The position numbers and the translations under genes are program-made. A stretch of DNA of 55,667 nt from a virus. Lineage: Duplodnaviria; Caudoviricetes. The notes beneath the pieces were generated by a model. The model did not search any database. It saw only the letters and a list, made by a program, of their open reading frames with translations, and had not been told where the DNA came from. The DNA is taken from positions 1 to 55,667 of the IMG/VR virus record IMGVR_UViG_3300009163_000042. One strand, given 5' to 3'. Positions 11,301 to 20,523 of the stretch are shown here, one piece after another; positions within the stretch are counted from its first letter, which is position 1, and each line of letters opens with the position of its first letter.

Positions 11301-12030
11301 CCATGAAATAACGAGCTGCTCCTGGAGCAGAATAATTAGGTGAGCCTAAAGCGTTATCTAATAAGTTTTCATCGTCTTCTGGATAAATAACTTCTTCATT
11401 TAATTTCAAACCAACTCTATAACTTGGAGTTGTAGTATACTTGTCAAGAATAATAGTTTGATCTGTAACTAAAACAAAATTCTTTTTGATGTAATATACA
11501 CCACGTTGAATTGTCGCAGAACATCCTTTACCAGTTGGAAGAGCGATATCAGCAACAGTAACATTATAGCCAGTGCTTCCATCAACCGGAGTCAATATAT
11601 CATTTGGAGCAAACGCAGATACGTTGATGCCAGTAATAGTTTGAACAGAATTTTGATACTTGACAAAGATAGTGTCTAAATCATTATTTTCTTTTAACGT
11701 ATAAGTTACAACTTTAGCAATTAATCCAAGAGAATTCCTAATTTCTTTACCGACGATTCCAGATAAAATGTTTTCAGCTTTAACTCCTGCACTAAAAGAA
11801 AGCTTAACATAATTAAGATTTAAATCATAAGAGATTTGCCCTGGAATGACCATTGCACCTTCTTTGAAGATGTGATCACCGTGACGACGAACTTGCTCTT
11901 GAAGAATTGTTTGAAGTTGCGTTAACTCTCTTGCCTGAACCGCATAACCAGGTCTAAATAAAATTTTATAAAATTTATTGTCTTCTGAATAATCGTCAAA
12001 GAATGGTTCAATTGAAAAATCTAGTGCCAT
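5290..12030 (-). CDS. large baseplate/virion structural protein (DUF4815, VrlC-like)
   Basis: N-terminal PFFDDY...KILFRPGYAVQARELTQLQTILQ, LARRTYDESGDY, RYTMRDIGSLERRI, DPLAQTF, C-terminal VPRIKDFRVIA. Confidence 0.85.
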   Translation of the reverse strand: MALDFSIEPFFDDYSEDNKFYKILFRPGYAVQARELTQLQTILQEQVRRHGDHIFKEGAMVIPGQISYDLNLNYVKLSFSAGVKAENILSGIVGKEIRNSLGLIAKVVTYTLKENNDLDTIFVKYQNSVQTITGINVSAFAPNDILTPVDGSTGYNVTVADIALPTGKGCSATIQRGVYYIKKNFVLVTDQTIILDKYTTTPSYRVGLKLNEEVIYPEDDENLLDNALGSPNYSAPGAARYFMDLVLSKIDLRVSASPFSDFNTSNDEDFIDLLALQEGRVIFKVDRTQYAELEKTLARRTYDESGDYSLSPFNMQVRELRNNLRGDWAAGEKFIQGDIIKVTDGSTGFWYFVAVTNGTSSNLSSKPAAFKTNKPTGFSLQTIDSITDNDITWEYVLYPDFNQGVYTFTAGDSEYSTFTLNDHIRLAGHSCIGVESGKAYVRGYEIEKLSTEFLPIQKSRNLPVGSAALATFFAANSLPAIQDSISPSKTVDIDVSSGSYVQVTGLDYFPNLVDLPTVNLHSAVKGSISTGTVIGTARVRALEKLDTSNVSPALWTYNLFLFDVKMNVAKDFKNVLSITNNANSATAFRCNTVLQNGITAMNNPVGDSLIYALPDYAVSSILEATYSVVIPFTKVASSSKIEQDAPTGYTFESIFDSDNYVLMNNTTGVAVALVAGSNLTATNNKLTITGLTNTQSYTVFAAMKRSDAVNAEVNFTVTDLASPLQLTAQAAATATTITLGHPYVTRITSILMDARGFTTQTAANPVYSLNITSRYNFNSSQKSSHMDLASITLAPGQSAPTGPIRISYEYLATGSQDPGGFFGVNSYTYSDDSRMTYDQIYSVSNLSLRDSVDFRAMASGAGFALKYFPKYGTTASFKYTHYYSRIDNVSLTNTGQFILNRGVPSDFPSEPTIPANSMKLARLSVEPYTFKGSRNNGILVDRVENKRYTMRDIGSLERRIQDLEYYTSLTLTELETKNMRIVDADGNERYQNGFLVDSFDGQGVGNTGSEDWNASVDTKNKELRPFFSQKQVSLLENVSAASRTYKVSGDLVTLPYTETELIAQRKASISEFLNPYALYSWKGIVDINPWSDTWFATQYRPDIILTDESQYIAVKTKAEKDGVLGTVWNAWQTVFSSTKSLAERKSNLGQWSTADNEVLNASNNGGTFWRSRSTFTAEELDLIGNTNRDVWSAQASSVAGSRVVTVETSATETTQARAGVRSFIVDKVDSKILDDRVVDTQIVPYIRPRAVLFTGYGFKPSTRMYSYFDNTSVEDYITPATRLKVAKIDGYEAKFDTVRNAGSAVSEPTRTVYYSDGTAISGTITLTLNSTSVEGLATAFTQQVEVGDILNVGTPTKYTVTAITDNDTLVISPAWTAATESGVSAKVIGPKHTTEEVEVAFNHGEVIKEYVNGTATGNTAIVVGQEVYGTDYYLHVLNIKGNGQFSTASNAYFEGEYLSTNGLKPRAKFVSGGRTDYTSLVSSLTGLITGIFRIPSSPLVKFRTGKRELRFSDSSSTNPATRGDQESTSGGMIYEANGLVEIKQRTILSTRTASVTSTQVSDQNTIVSTSDRVTRDTGWFDPLAQTFLVQQEGGAFITSIDLFFESKDEKIPMRIEIREVVNGYPGSAVIPFSRVEKKAASIATSTDSTIATTFTFPSPVFLQNGVEYALVALSDSNIYKIWISQTDTLDVATKVRISSQPYNGVLFKSQNGSTWTADQTQDMKFVIRRAVFDTSQSRSIELIPPKLSAKTLDFNPFNFISGSKKCRVNHSNHGMIDGEVVKFTSRQVIDSINGIPATEIFRNTGYTISNVELDYYIVEFPTASNASGQVGGSYITATENYEFQTSMIEIAEIVPPGTSISYSAKVINHSDVSSEFPMIPKENYTFPETKVYPSSMNYTSTTFPSGLSVIATLYPSSSLNSVSPVIDLGRLAMTLVSNKIDDPTLSVNDTELDYFRISGANGVAATSIIQGVTYTIATAGTNYSTVGGPSNTTAASIGITFTASASGSGLTGGGTVNSHNAEIGSGKPFVLVTNADDSKSLTVDSLAQTALYNHCSNNLLAGHVLRFTYNGITNATRDMVIKSISVVLNGSTPVLYITLVGFDGVTTIQDTVNAIGAQIFWLSHFKSDYAPSGGSTHSKYVTKKINFSRPSEMLKIMFAAVIPPDANVEVYYKTGLSVSGDFIASSYNKVEPKSGYTKSLTEFTDITCDIEGLDAFDSVMVKLVMKSINKSQVPRIKDFRVIACAA

Positions 12031-12043
12031 ATTTTTTTCTCTG

Positions 12044-14449
12044 TTAGAATGAAATTAGAGTAGATACCGCAACAGTTTGATCTTCCGAAGATACAAACTT
12101 AACTCTATTGTCTATGTATAATAGTTCTCCGGAGTACTTATTATAATCTGGAACTTCGACCGAAGTCACGCTAATACTAGCTGTTGAATTGCCTACATTT
12201 TTATAAAGAGTAGAGCCTTGGGATGGAAGTTGTTTAAAATTATTATTAATTTGCGCAACTAAATAGTATTTATTATCTATTTGTGTCTTCTCTATTAAAG
12301 TAAATGTTTTAACTGAGTCACTACTTAAATATAAAATATCATCCTTTACCAATAAGGAATATGTAGCAGTATTAGTAGCATTAACTTCAGATGTGAATAC
12401 TAAACAAGAAGAACCTACTGCTTTTCTAAAGAATGAATCTGATGAATATTCTTTAGGGTTTTTAATGATAGCAATTTGTCTAAAGTCATTAGTGATTGGA
12501 ACGCCTTTATTTTCTTCTTTTACTAAACGCGTTTGTAACATAATAGTCTTAGCATAAAGTTCTCCAATAGCATCTTTACCATGTCCTCCCTTTGGAGAAA
12601 TGATTGCTCTTAATTGAGCTCGCGATAAACCAGATTGATCAGGGCCATCGCCAATATTAATTATCACAGTTGCGTTAGTGTAATTTTGTCCTGGGTTAGT
12701 AACTATCACTCTGGTAATCTTACCTGATACGATTACAGGTTCTGCAGTACAACCAGACCCATCGCCAATAACTGTTAAACGAGTACCAGTGTATGTTACA
12801 ATACCATTAGAATCAATCGTCTTATTGAATGCTGGATAACCGTTCCCACCAAAATCAACTTTAATAACTGGAATAGATCCATCAACTGCCAATAGCTCAA
12901 CGTTAGATTGTTTAGTTTCAATATCGCCAATGCCAAAATTTAACAAGATACTAGCATCTAAGAATCCAGTAAGACCTATGTCGGGATTACTAGCATTTTC
13001 TGGAGTTATAGTTATAAGAGGGCTTGCTAAATTTCCTGGTACAAGTCTTTTCTTACATACGACTTTTACAGAAGCAAATGTATAACCAATTCCAGGAGAA
13101 GCAATTGTAAGAGATTCAACCTCTCCACTTGCATTAATTAATGGAAGAAGCTCTGCTTCATTCTTTTGCGTGGTTTCATCGAAATTACATGTAAATCCAC
13201 CAGTTGATAATACTGTAGAACTTACATTAGCTGTACCAACTGTAGATCCAGAAAATAATAATCTTTCAGTGTATCCATAACCACCATCCACTACAGTTAC
13301 CGTATCTACTTCAAACTTAGAAGCATTAGGAGCAGCTTTGTTTCTAAATGCAACAGTGATTGTTGGTCTGCGACCATAAGACTTTCCAGGAGGAGGGAAG
13401 ATGAATAAATCACCACTAGGCTGAGTGTCAAATGTTCCTCTGTTGAGAATGTTGACTCTCTTTAGCGAATAAGGATTCAATACATTATATCCATCACCGG
13501 TTATTTGAATTTCAGTAAAACCATTTGCATCATCTCTTTCATACTCAATGATATAATCAAATCCTCTTGCAGTAGTTAGTGGACTAGTTACTGTAAACTT
13601 AGGTTGATTAATATATCCAGAACCTTGATTAGTAATAGTAATTGTGGCAATACCGCCATTAGAATCATAACTTGTGATAGTGCCTGTAGCACGAACTCCG
13701 CCAGCTGATGCTGCATCAAAGGTAATAGTAGAACCAGTGTAATTAATACCACCACTAAGAACAGTAACTCGTTTTACTTTCCATAGTGACTTGATGTATT
13801 TTAAACCTCTATTCTCAATAGCAAATCCAGTGATGGATCCATTTGAATAGAATTGATTAGTCAACGCCGTTAACACTGGCATATAACTTGTTGTTAAGAA
13901 TTTATTACGAAGATATAATGGAACAGTATACATGAACTTCCATAGATATCCGTCATCCATTAAAATGGCTTCAGTGCTAGTGCTTATAGGCTTACTAGTA
14001 GAAGCGGAATCGTTATTATTAAATAGACACTTATAAACGTTGAATTCATCAGTGATCGCATAAAACAATGAATCTGCAGTAGAAGTAGCACCAGTATATG
14101 ATGGTGCATCAGACGTATAGTCGTCATACATATCATATACTGTGCCAGGTTGCCAATTAACTCTATTAACAACTACAGCAACGTCATTAGAGTCGATATA
14201 TTTAGAATAAATCATGTTTCTGCGAGTTTCTAATTCATAAGGATATGAATCAGACACTGCTGGTGGATCCTCTTCGCTAGAAACAGTATAAACTTGATTT
14301 TGATTATCTATTGCTGTGACGGTAGGCCACACAGAACTTCTCCCAAAGGTGTAATAGTATCTTGACACCTTTGAGATAATTTCAAAGAAAATCGACTTAA
14401 CGATATTCGTCTTTAACGAATATTTAAGTAAGGTCGTTCCAGTTGCCAT
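12044..14449 (-). CDS. gp8: baseplate wedge subunit gp8-like
   Basis: RVNWQPGTVYDMY, FNVYKCLFN, DGYLWKFMYTV, PKGGHGKDAIGEL, NDFRQIAIIKNP, SGELLYIDNR. Confidence 0.85.
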   Translation of the reverse strand: MATGTTLLKYSLKTNIVKSIFFEIISKVSRYYYTFGRSSVWPTVTAIDNQNQVYTVSSEEDPPAVSDSYPYELETRRNMIYSKYIDSNDVAVVVNRVNWQPGTVYDMYDDYTSDAPSYTGATSTADSLFYAITDEFNVYKCLFNNNDSASTSKPISTSTEAILMDDGYLWKFMYTVPLYLRNKFLTTSYMPVLTALTNQFYSNGSITGFAIENRGLKYIKSLWKVKRVTVLSGGINYTGSTITFDAASAGGVRATGTITSYDSNGGIATITITNQGSGYINQPKFTVTSPLTTARGFDYIIEYERDDANGFTEIQITGDGYNVLNPYSLKRVNILNRGTFDTQPSGDLFIFPPPGKSYGRRPTITVAFRNKAAPNASKFEVDTVTVVDGGYGYTERLLFSGSTVGTANVSSTVLSTGGFTCNFDETTQKNEAELLPLINASGEVESLTIASPGIGYTFASVKVVCKKRLVPGNLASPLITITPENASNPDIGLTGFLDASILLNFGIGDIETKQSNVELLAVDGSIPVIKVDFGGNGYPAFNKTIDSNGIVTYTGTRLTVIGDGSGCTAEPVIVSGKITRVIVTNPGQNYTNATVIINIGDGPDQSGLSRAQLRAIISPKGGHGKDAIGELYAKTIMLQTRLVKEENKGVPITNDFRQIAIIKNPKEYSSDSFFRKAVGSSCLVFTSEVNATNTATYSLLVKDDILYLSSDSVKTFTLIEKTQIDNKYYLVAQINNNFKQLPSQGSTLYKNVGNSTASISVTSVEVPDYNKYSGELLYIDNRVKFVSSEDQTVAVSTLISF

Positions 14450-14473
14450 TGTAGCCCCGTAAAATTAAACTGA

Positions 14474-14995
14474 TTAGCTAATTGTGATTGTCCAAGTAAC
14501 TGTTAATGCGTCAGCTGGAAGCTTAGTAACAGTTGGGAAAGTAGTACGGCAAAGCATTGTACCTGCTGTTGCTGCGTTAAAGATAGCGGCTTCGCGTAGA
14601 ATAGCGCCGCCTGCAGGAGCAGATGGATTATTTGCTGGGAAGTTAGCAGAATAAGTTACAGTATTATTTGTAGCAGTTGCAACAGTCAAAGCTGCTCTTG
14701 AATAAGAAGTATAGCCACCACCAACTGTCAATTCGGCGCCAAGTGCTGTATCACCTGCACCAATACCAGGACCGCCAGCTACTTCAGCTGTTGCACTAGT
14801 ACCAATACCAATGTGAGACATAACTGCAAATGTAGTACCTAACATACGAGAAGCGATAAACTTCTTGCCGTCATAAACTACAATGTTTGGAACATACACT
14901 TCTTGCTTAACGATGTTTTGCTCTGTATCTGTAAGAATAAGAGATAGTGCACCTTCAATTTCGATAGTGTTCTTATATTTTGGAATTAAAATCAT
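14474..14995 (-). CDS. baseplate/tail-associated protein
   Basis: 173-aa ORF with SD in the baseplate operon; HIGIGT, LREAAIFNA and LTVTWTITI motifs of tail-associated proteins. Confidence 0.6.
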   Translation of the reverse strand: MILIPKYKNTIEIEGALSLILTDTEQNIVKQEVYVPNIVVYDGKKFIASRMLGTTFAVMSHIGIGTSATAEVAGGPGIGAGDTALGAELTVGGGYTSYSRAALTVATATNNTVTYSANFPANNPSAPAGGAILREAAIFNAATAGTMLCRTTFPTVTKLPADALTVTWTITIS

Positions 14996-15015
14996 TTGTT
15001 TCTCCTAATAGGATT

Positions 15016-17958
15016 TTAAGTTATTGCCGTGAAGGCGTTATAATCCGACAATAGAACGAAATAACCTGTAGATGGATCGTCATTGCCGTATGGATTTTGT
15101 CTAATTAAACCAGGACTCAATATATTTATTGAATCGCTAAGACCCTTTGTATAATCTTTAGTATATGATGCTTCTTGAGCAAGAATACTATCAATTAAGT
15201 TTTTAGTAAATTCCCCTACCTGATATGCATCAATTAGGCTTAATAATTCTTCTGGAAGATTTTTAGTCAATTGTGGGGCGTATGCATCAGTTGATACTAA
15301 TGATTCAACATGATTTTTAGTAATATCATGTCCAAGTAAAGGATTACTTAACGTTAACGTTTCAGTGTGATTCTTATCATATAAGTTTTGATATACGTCA
15401 GTAGCAAATAGTTCAACGATATCAAGTTTAGTAAGAACGGGTTTACCATCATCTATTAAAGTTACAATATTAGATTTAATAAGTTCTGGAGTATTAAAAT
15501 ACGTATCCGATGTACTTACTGTATCTTCTGGAAGATTTTTAGTCGTAAAGTTAGATAATGGATCTGTTACAATCAATGTCTCTAAAGGCATATCCTTAAA
15601 ATAATCTTTATTGATTACTTCGTTAGTGATGCTTAGAATTTCCTCTGGCATATTCTTAGTGAAAGCTTTTGGATACGTATCTGACGTACTTAGAATTTCC
15701 TCTGGCATATTCTTAGTGAAAGCTTTTGGAATTAGCAATCCAGTTGTAGCATCTAATTCAGTTAATGATACTGAATCAACATGAAGTTTAGAAACAATTA
15801 ACGCTGGTCTTCCAGAATCAGAAACAATTAAATTGCCACTTGGAGTATGAGTAACGACTGTTCCAGTTAAGCTAATAGTATATGCATCATAATTAAAACC
15901 AGCATCTTGTGGAATAGCTAAATCACCGATTCTTTGTCCATCGCCATCAAGACTAATACTGCCAGATATATTAACTGGAACTACTTTACTTACAAATTTT
16001 GGTGGTGTAACGTTACCTGTGCTTGGCAATAGTGAACCAGCATTAGTTCCATCTTGATAAGTATATGGAGTGGAAACTGCATCAACTAATAAATTCTTAG
16101 TAAAAGCTTTTGGTGGTGTAACGTTACCTGTGCTTGGCAATAGTGAACCAGCATTAGTTCCATCTTGATAAATGTAAGGCTGAGTTAAACTTTCAAAAAG
16201 ATTCTTTGTAGCAAAATATGCTAACTTGCCTTGACTTGAGAATACTTGATTTGCGCCTTCAACTAAAGAAATGCTTACATCAGAAAATAATTTATTTGAA
16301 CCATCAATCGAATATAATCCGTTAAATGTTACGCCATAATTATCATATCCATAACCTCCATCATACACAGGTTCTGTATCAGAAAACTGTAGAAGTCGTA
16401 ATGGATTACTCTCAACAAGAGATAGTTGTAAAATATTAAAAATAGCGTATTCTGAATATCCTCGCATACCTGCAGGATGTAATAGTGATTTTACGATATC
16501 TGCGTATTTGCGAAGCTCTTCTTCAACTTTAATGACATATGAAAAAGCCTGATAATACTTACCATCATGAATATACATTTCATCTGAAATGAATCCATCA
16601 GCTTTTAAATAATATCCTGGATACTTAGCAACAGCACCAAGATTAATTTCAATAATTGCTAAATCTTCATCAATTACTTTTGTTGTCGTGTCAGCATAAA
16701 ATTGCTGAACAATTTCGCCGACATAAGATGGATCAGCGAAGAAACGATCTGCTCTATTTTCAGGTGCACCAACTGGAATACTCTCGTCATAAAAGAAATA
16801 TGTTTGCTTACTTGCAAAACCATAATCGACAAAACCACCAGAATTTTCTATATATGATGGATTTGATAATCCACGAAGAGTAACGACGTCTCCATTTTGA
16901 AGATCATAGATATTAACATTAAATCCAGTCGTAGCTGCATATCTTTTTGGAACAAATGTTACCCCAGAACGCGTCACTTTAACGTCAAGCGATGGAACAT
17001 CTTGATTGATAGCATAATTTACATTAAATGTTTGATATACTGTATTACCGACAATTCCAGTAACAGTGTATGTCTTATTATCAGTCGTTCCAGTAACTTG
17101 CAATGGATGAATATATTCCCAAGCTAAAATATCTTTACTTGAAAGATACGAATAGAATGTTGATTTATAATCTAACCCAAATCTAATAATCTGAAAGGCC
17201 TTAATACCACCATCAGAATTAATTTTAGTAATTTTAATAACGCAACCGCGGCCTAAATTAGTTTTAAGCGCGTACAAATCGCCAATCTTAAATCCTTTTC
17301 CTGCTTTAAATATTTTAATTTTAGAAGGGCATGGAAGAATCTTACCAGTGTACGTAACTCCATTAATAGTAGCAGTGACAATCGATCCTATTTCAATTTC
17401 ATTTAGATAATCACGCTGAATAAAAATTTCAAATACAGTTATAGAATATTCTAAAACATTCTCTACGTAGGTCTGAATCTTCTTTTTTGGAGTTTGTATT
17501 GTTATGAATGTGCCATTAACTGGTGTCAACGTAGTTGTATTACCTGTCATCTCAACAAAAATCGAAACATCCTGTTTCCATTTGCCATCAGAAACACGAA
17601 GAACTTGAGTTGAAGGATAAAATAAAGAAGCTTCTTTATTAAATAATGTTCTAAATAAAAACTTAAAAGAATCTTCACTGCCGCGTGAAAGATAGAATTC
17701 TCTTAAGTGCTTTAATAATTTACGCGGATCTTCAGCAAATTCAATTGGTAAGTTTTTAGCTAATTCACTTTTAAAATTATTGATAAATTCGTCAAGAGTA
17801 GTATCAACATCTCGAATACTTTCAAGATTTTGTGATTGTGTATCCTCTAGCCATCCGTAATAAACTTTTACGAATTCTACGAAAGCTGGATATGTTTCTC
17901 TAACATGTTCAGGTATTTGTCTCTGAACTGCTATCGATTGACTTAATTTGCTGCTCAT
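15016..17958 (-). CDS. gp7: baseplate wedge initiator gp7-like with repetitive C-terminal extension
   Basis: QIPEHVRETYPAFVEFVKVYY, FYLSRGSEDSFKFLFRTLF, YYQAFSYVIK...LLHPAGM; lies between gp6 and gp8. Confidence 0.75.
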   Translation of the reverse strand: MSSKLSQSIAVQRQIPEHVRETYPAFVEFVKVYYGWLEDTQSQNLESIRDVDTTLDEFINNFKSELAKNLPIEFAEDPRKLLKHLREFYLSRGSEDSFKFLFRTLFNKEASLFYPSTQVLRVSDGKWKQDVSIFVEMTGNTTTLTPVNGTFITIQTPKKKIQTYVENVLEYSITVFEIFIQRDYLNEIEIGSIVTATINGVTYTGKILPCPSKIKIFKAGKGFKIGDLYALKTNLGRGCVIKITKINSDGGIKAFQIIRFGLDYKSTFYSYLSSKDILAWEYIHPLQVTGTTDNKTYTVTGIVGNTVYQTFNVNYAINQDVPSLDVKVTRSGVTFVPKRYAATTGFNVNIYDLQNGDVVTLRGLSNPSYIENSGGFVDYGFASKQTYFFYDESIPVGAPENRADRFFADPSYVGEIVQQFYADTTTKVIDEDLAIIEINLGAVAKYPGYYLKADGFISDEMYIHDGKYYQAFSYVIKVEEELRKYADIVKSLLHPAGMRGYSEYAIFNILQLSLVESNPLRLLQFSDTEPVYDGGYGYDNYGVTFNGLYSIDGSNKLFSDVSISLVEGANQVFSSQGKLAYFATKNLFESLTQPYIYQDGTNAGSLLPSTGNVTPPKAFTKNLLVDAVSTPYTYQDGTNAGSLLPSTGNVTPPKFVSKVVPVNISGSISLDGDGQRIGDLAIPQDAGFNYDAYTISLTGTVVTHTPSGNLIVSDSGRPALIVSKLHVDSVSLTELDATTGLLIPKAFTKNMPEEILSTSDTYPKAFTKNMPEEILSITNEVINKDYFKDMPLETLIVTDPLSNFTTKNLPEDTVSTSDTYFNTPELIKSNIVTLIDDGKPVLTKLDIVELFATDVYQNLYDKNHTETLTLSNPLLGHDITKNHVESLVSTDAYAPQLTKNLPEELLSLIDAYQVGEFTKNLIDSILAQEASYTKDYTKGLSDSINILSPGLIRQNPYGNDDPSTGYFVLLSDYNAFTAIT
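15632..15730. repeat. 42-bp exact direct repeat x2 (57-bp period) in gp7
   Basis: cttagaatttcctctggcatattcttagtgaaagcttttgga at 15632-15673 and 15689-15730 (PKAFTKNMPEEILS). Confidence 0.9.
15997..16171. repeat. 64-bp exact direct repeat x2 (111-bp period) in gp7
   Basis: 15997-16060 equals 16108-16171 (YQDGTNAGSLLPSTGNVTPPK). Confidence 0.9.
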
Positions 17959-19799
17959 TAATTTCTACTTGACGTAAATGTATAATTGTTTGCTGTTGTA
18001 GTAATACCTGATAAACTAGTATCAGGTATTACGCTAATACTAATTCTAGAATCTGGTATATTTACAATGTAATTACGCAATGAAACTACGTCAAAACTTT
18101 GTGTTTTAATAATGAAATAGAAATTAGCGTCAACTAAGTTCACAATTTTTAATCCTGAAATTTTAACAACACCGTTGGCATAATCAATTGTGCCGATTTT
18201 AGGATTTTTAACAATTTTAGTTCCTGTGCCTTCAACAATACTATACGTACGCACATTACCAGAACCATCATCGTCCATATAATATACCGTATCACTATTA
18301 TCTAAATAAAAGCCAGTAGACGTAAATGATTCTTCTGGCACACTTTCATTATAAATTGGATTGACAATGTTTAATCTATATTCTGCTGCAATGTTATATT
18401 TCGGAGTAACTTCAGCATAAATTTTAAAGGTAGTAATATTACTTAAAATTGATTGATCTGCTGCGTCTATTGCAGCAGAAAATTTTGACATTCTAAATAT
18501 GCCATCAAATTTTCTAAGATTATCATTTCTATAATTCTGAATGCTAATTAGTACAGCATTTTTTATCTCATCCATAGAACGAGTTGTTTTATTTTTATTA
18601 TAATAAATTGAAGTCGTAATCTCTAAATCTAAATAAGATGGATCTACAATTTCAGGCGTAATCGAAACTACGTTACGAGACTTTAGTAACGATTCAGTAA
18701 TATAACTTTTTTCTGGAGGAGTTAAATAAGGTCCATTAGTAGGCTTAAGCGAAAGATACACTTTACCATATTGAGGAGGATCATTATCTTCACCTCCCCA
18801 AACGCTAATAGAATCTAAATTTGGATAAAGTTTCTTTAATAGCGATGTATAGTCGCCCGTAGTAACAGCTCTATTCTGATTAAAAAATGAATGAGAAACG
18901 TTAGAGCGAATTTGATCAACTGTTTCCGATTCTCTTCCGCCATAAGACGTAGCTGTTAATTCGATTGCAATGCCACCGCCAAGTCCAGTTCCAGTGTACG
19001 TAAATACTTTTGCTCCATTACCAGCAGCTTTACTAGTAATTACAAATTGTGCAGTAATTACATTACCAGTTTGAATAGGAATTCCTAAATCGTTTGAACC
19101 AAATGATATTTGGTATGTTCCATCATCTAACTCTTTCACGTAATACACTTTGCTAGTTGGAGTTAGTTGTAAAACATCTACTGCTCTTTCATATCTTTCA
19201 TAATCTGGTTGTTCTCCTGTAGGCTGAACTGTGATAGTAAGAGTAGAAATATCAATGTTCTTATTATTAAGAATAAATTTTTGATATGGCTCGGTACAAA
19301 CAAATAATAAAGTTTGTGGAGTGCCTTCGTAAATATCGATTCCGCTAAATGAATATGCTAAACCATTTCTTTCAGCTGCATAATCCTGTAACGTATAAAA
19401 TGCATAAGGGACTTTATCAATAACTGTAGTAAAACTACTTAGTTTTGGAATATACTTAATTTGAGGAGGGTTTGCAGTACTAACTGGAATAGTCACAGTT
19501 AAATTAAGTTTTGCTCTTGCGGCAAGACATGATTCTGGAGTATAACCAAAATTATTAGCAATAGAAACAACGCTGCTTCTCTTACTTGCAGAATCCAAGA
19601 ACATTTCATTAATTGCTAAGTTTGTATACAGAGCATTGTAATGGGTGTTATAAGCAAGTAAATCTATTAACGTAGAAAGAGCAGATCCTTCAAAGTCATA
19701 ATCGCTAAACTGACTTTGACCTCTCATGAAGGTCTTTAAATTTTCTCTAATCTGATTATAATCTAAATCAGATACTTTAATTCTATTATTCGTAGTCAT
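17958..19799 (-). CDS. gp6: baseplate wedge subunit gp6
   Basis: FSDYDFEGSALSTLIDLLAYNTHYNA, EMFLDSA, QNRAVTTGDY, VWGGEDNDPPQYGKVY. Confidence 0.95.
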   Translation of the reverse strand: MTTNNRIKVSDLDYNQIRENLKTFMRGQSQFSDYDFEGSALSTLIDLLAYNTHYNALYTNLAINEMFLDSASKRSSVVSIANNFGYTPESCLAARAKLNLTVTIPVSTANPPQIKYIPKLSSFTTVIDKVPYAFYTLQDYAAERNGLAYSFSGIDIYEGTPQTLLFVCTEPYQKFILNNKNIDISTLTITVQPTGEQPDYERYERAVDVLQLTPTSKVYYVKELDDGTYQISFGSNDLGIPIQTGNVITAQFVITSKAAGNGAKVFTYTGTGLGGGIAIELTATSYGGRESETVDQIRSNVSHSFFNQNRAVTTGDYTSLLKKLYPNLDSISVWGGEDNDPPQYGKVYLSLKPTNGPYLTPPEKSYITESLLKSRNVVSITPEIVDPSYLDLEITTSIYYNKNKTTRSMDEIKNAVLISIQNYRNDNLRKFDGIFRMSKFSAAIDAADQSILSNITTFKIYAEVTPKYNIAAEYRLNIVNPIYNESVPEESFTSTGFYLDNSDTVYYMDDDGSGNVRTYSIVEGTGTKIVKNPKIGTIDYANGVVKISGLKIVNLVDANFYFIIKTQSFDVVSLRNYIVNIPDSRISISVIPDTSLSGITTTANNYTFTSSRN

Positions 19800-20188
19800 C
19801 TAGTTCTCTCTAAGATTAAATTGACTGACACTGGAGTTTGTGTATTCTTTATTTTAAACATAACAGTTATATACGCGTCATTATTTTCTGGACTAAATCT
19901 AACTGCAACTCCAAGAAGATCTACGCGAGGTTCAAAATTAGTAATAGTGTCGCCTATAGTTCTCTCAATCATAGCAGTTAAGATTGGAGTAATTGGTTCA
20001 AATAGTAAAGCCTTTACTTGACATCCAATATTACTTCTAAATGGTCTTTCAAAATTTCTAGTTAGAACTAAATTTCTTATAGATTGTTTAACTGCGTTTT
20101 CGTCATAGCGCACTGCCACATCTTTTGTTGCAGGATGTGGTAAGAAGTTAAAATCTAAATCTGTGAATGTTCTAGTATTACGTGCCAT
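19796..20188 (-). CDS. gp25: baseplate wedge subunit gp25
   Basis: DLDFNF, AVKQSIRNLVLT..FERPF, ITNFEPRV. Confidence 0.95.
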   Translation of the reverse strand: MARNTRTFTDLDFNFLPHPATKDVAVRYDENAVKQSIRNLVLTRNFERPFRSNIGCQVKALLFEPITPILTAMIERTIGDTITNFEPRVDLLGVAVRFSPENNDAYITVMFKIKNTQTPVSVNLILERTR

Positions 20189-20193
20189 ATTGT

Positions 20194-20201
20194 TATTTAT
20201 T
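20194..20201 (-). promoter_or_regulatory. late promoter-like element (AATAAATA) upstream of gp25
   Basis: Intergenic near-consensus TATAAATA directly upstream of the gp25 ATG. Confidence 0.5.
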
Positions 20202-20211
20202 TGATTTTACG

Positions 20212-20523
20212 TCATCCGGAAAAAACTCGTGCAGCACCTGAAATAATAGTGTTATTTCCATAAGTATCTCCGATTCTTCCAATTTTCCCGCCAGTTGCAG
20301 AAACTCTACTGGAATAACTATCTAAAGTACTCATATCTGGAGTGCATCCTCCTCTTGGATGTGCTCCAACTAAATCTCCAGCAATGACTACTAAAGTTTT
20401 CATAGCAGAAACTTTACGTTGAGTGGGAGGTCCAGTATTAGTGGTCATTGGAAATTGGCATTTCCATCCAGCACCATCTGGTGAAAATACGGAATCAGTT
20501 CCGCTTCTAGCAACTGCTGGCAT
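20212..20523 (-). CDS. PAAR spike-tip protein (gp5.4-like)
   Basis: MPAVARSG, VVIAGD, IGRIGD PAAR-like repeats; downstream of gp5. Confidence 0.85.
   Translation of the reverse strand: MPAVARSGTDSVFSPDGAGWKCQFPMTTNTGPPTQRKVSAMKTLVVIAGDLVGAHPRGGCTPDMSTLDSYSSRVSATGGKIGRIGDTYGNNTIISGAARVFSG

Noticed and set aside
15997-16171. Exact repeats in gp7 as a DGR template/variable pair or CRISPR
   Set aside because: The copies are identical, in frame and within one gene. There are no A-specific mismatches and no reverse transcriptase in the window.
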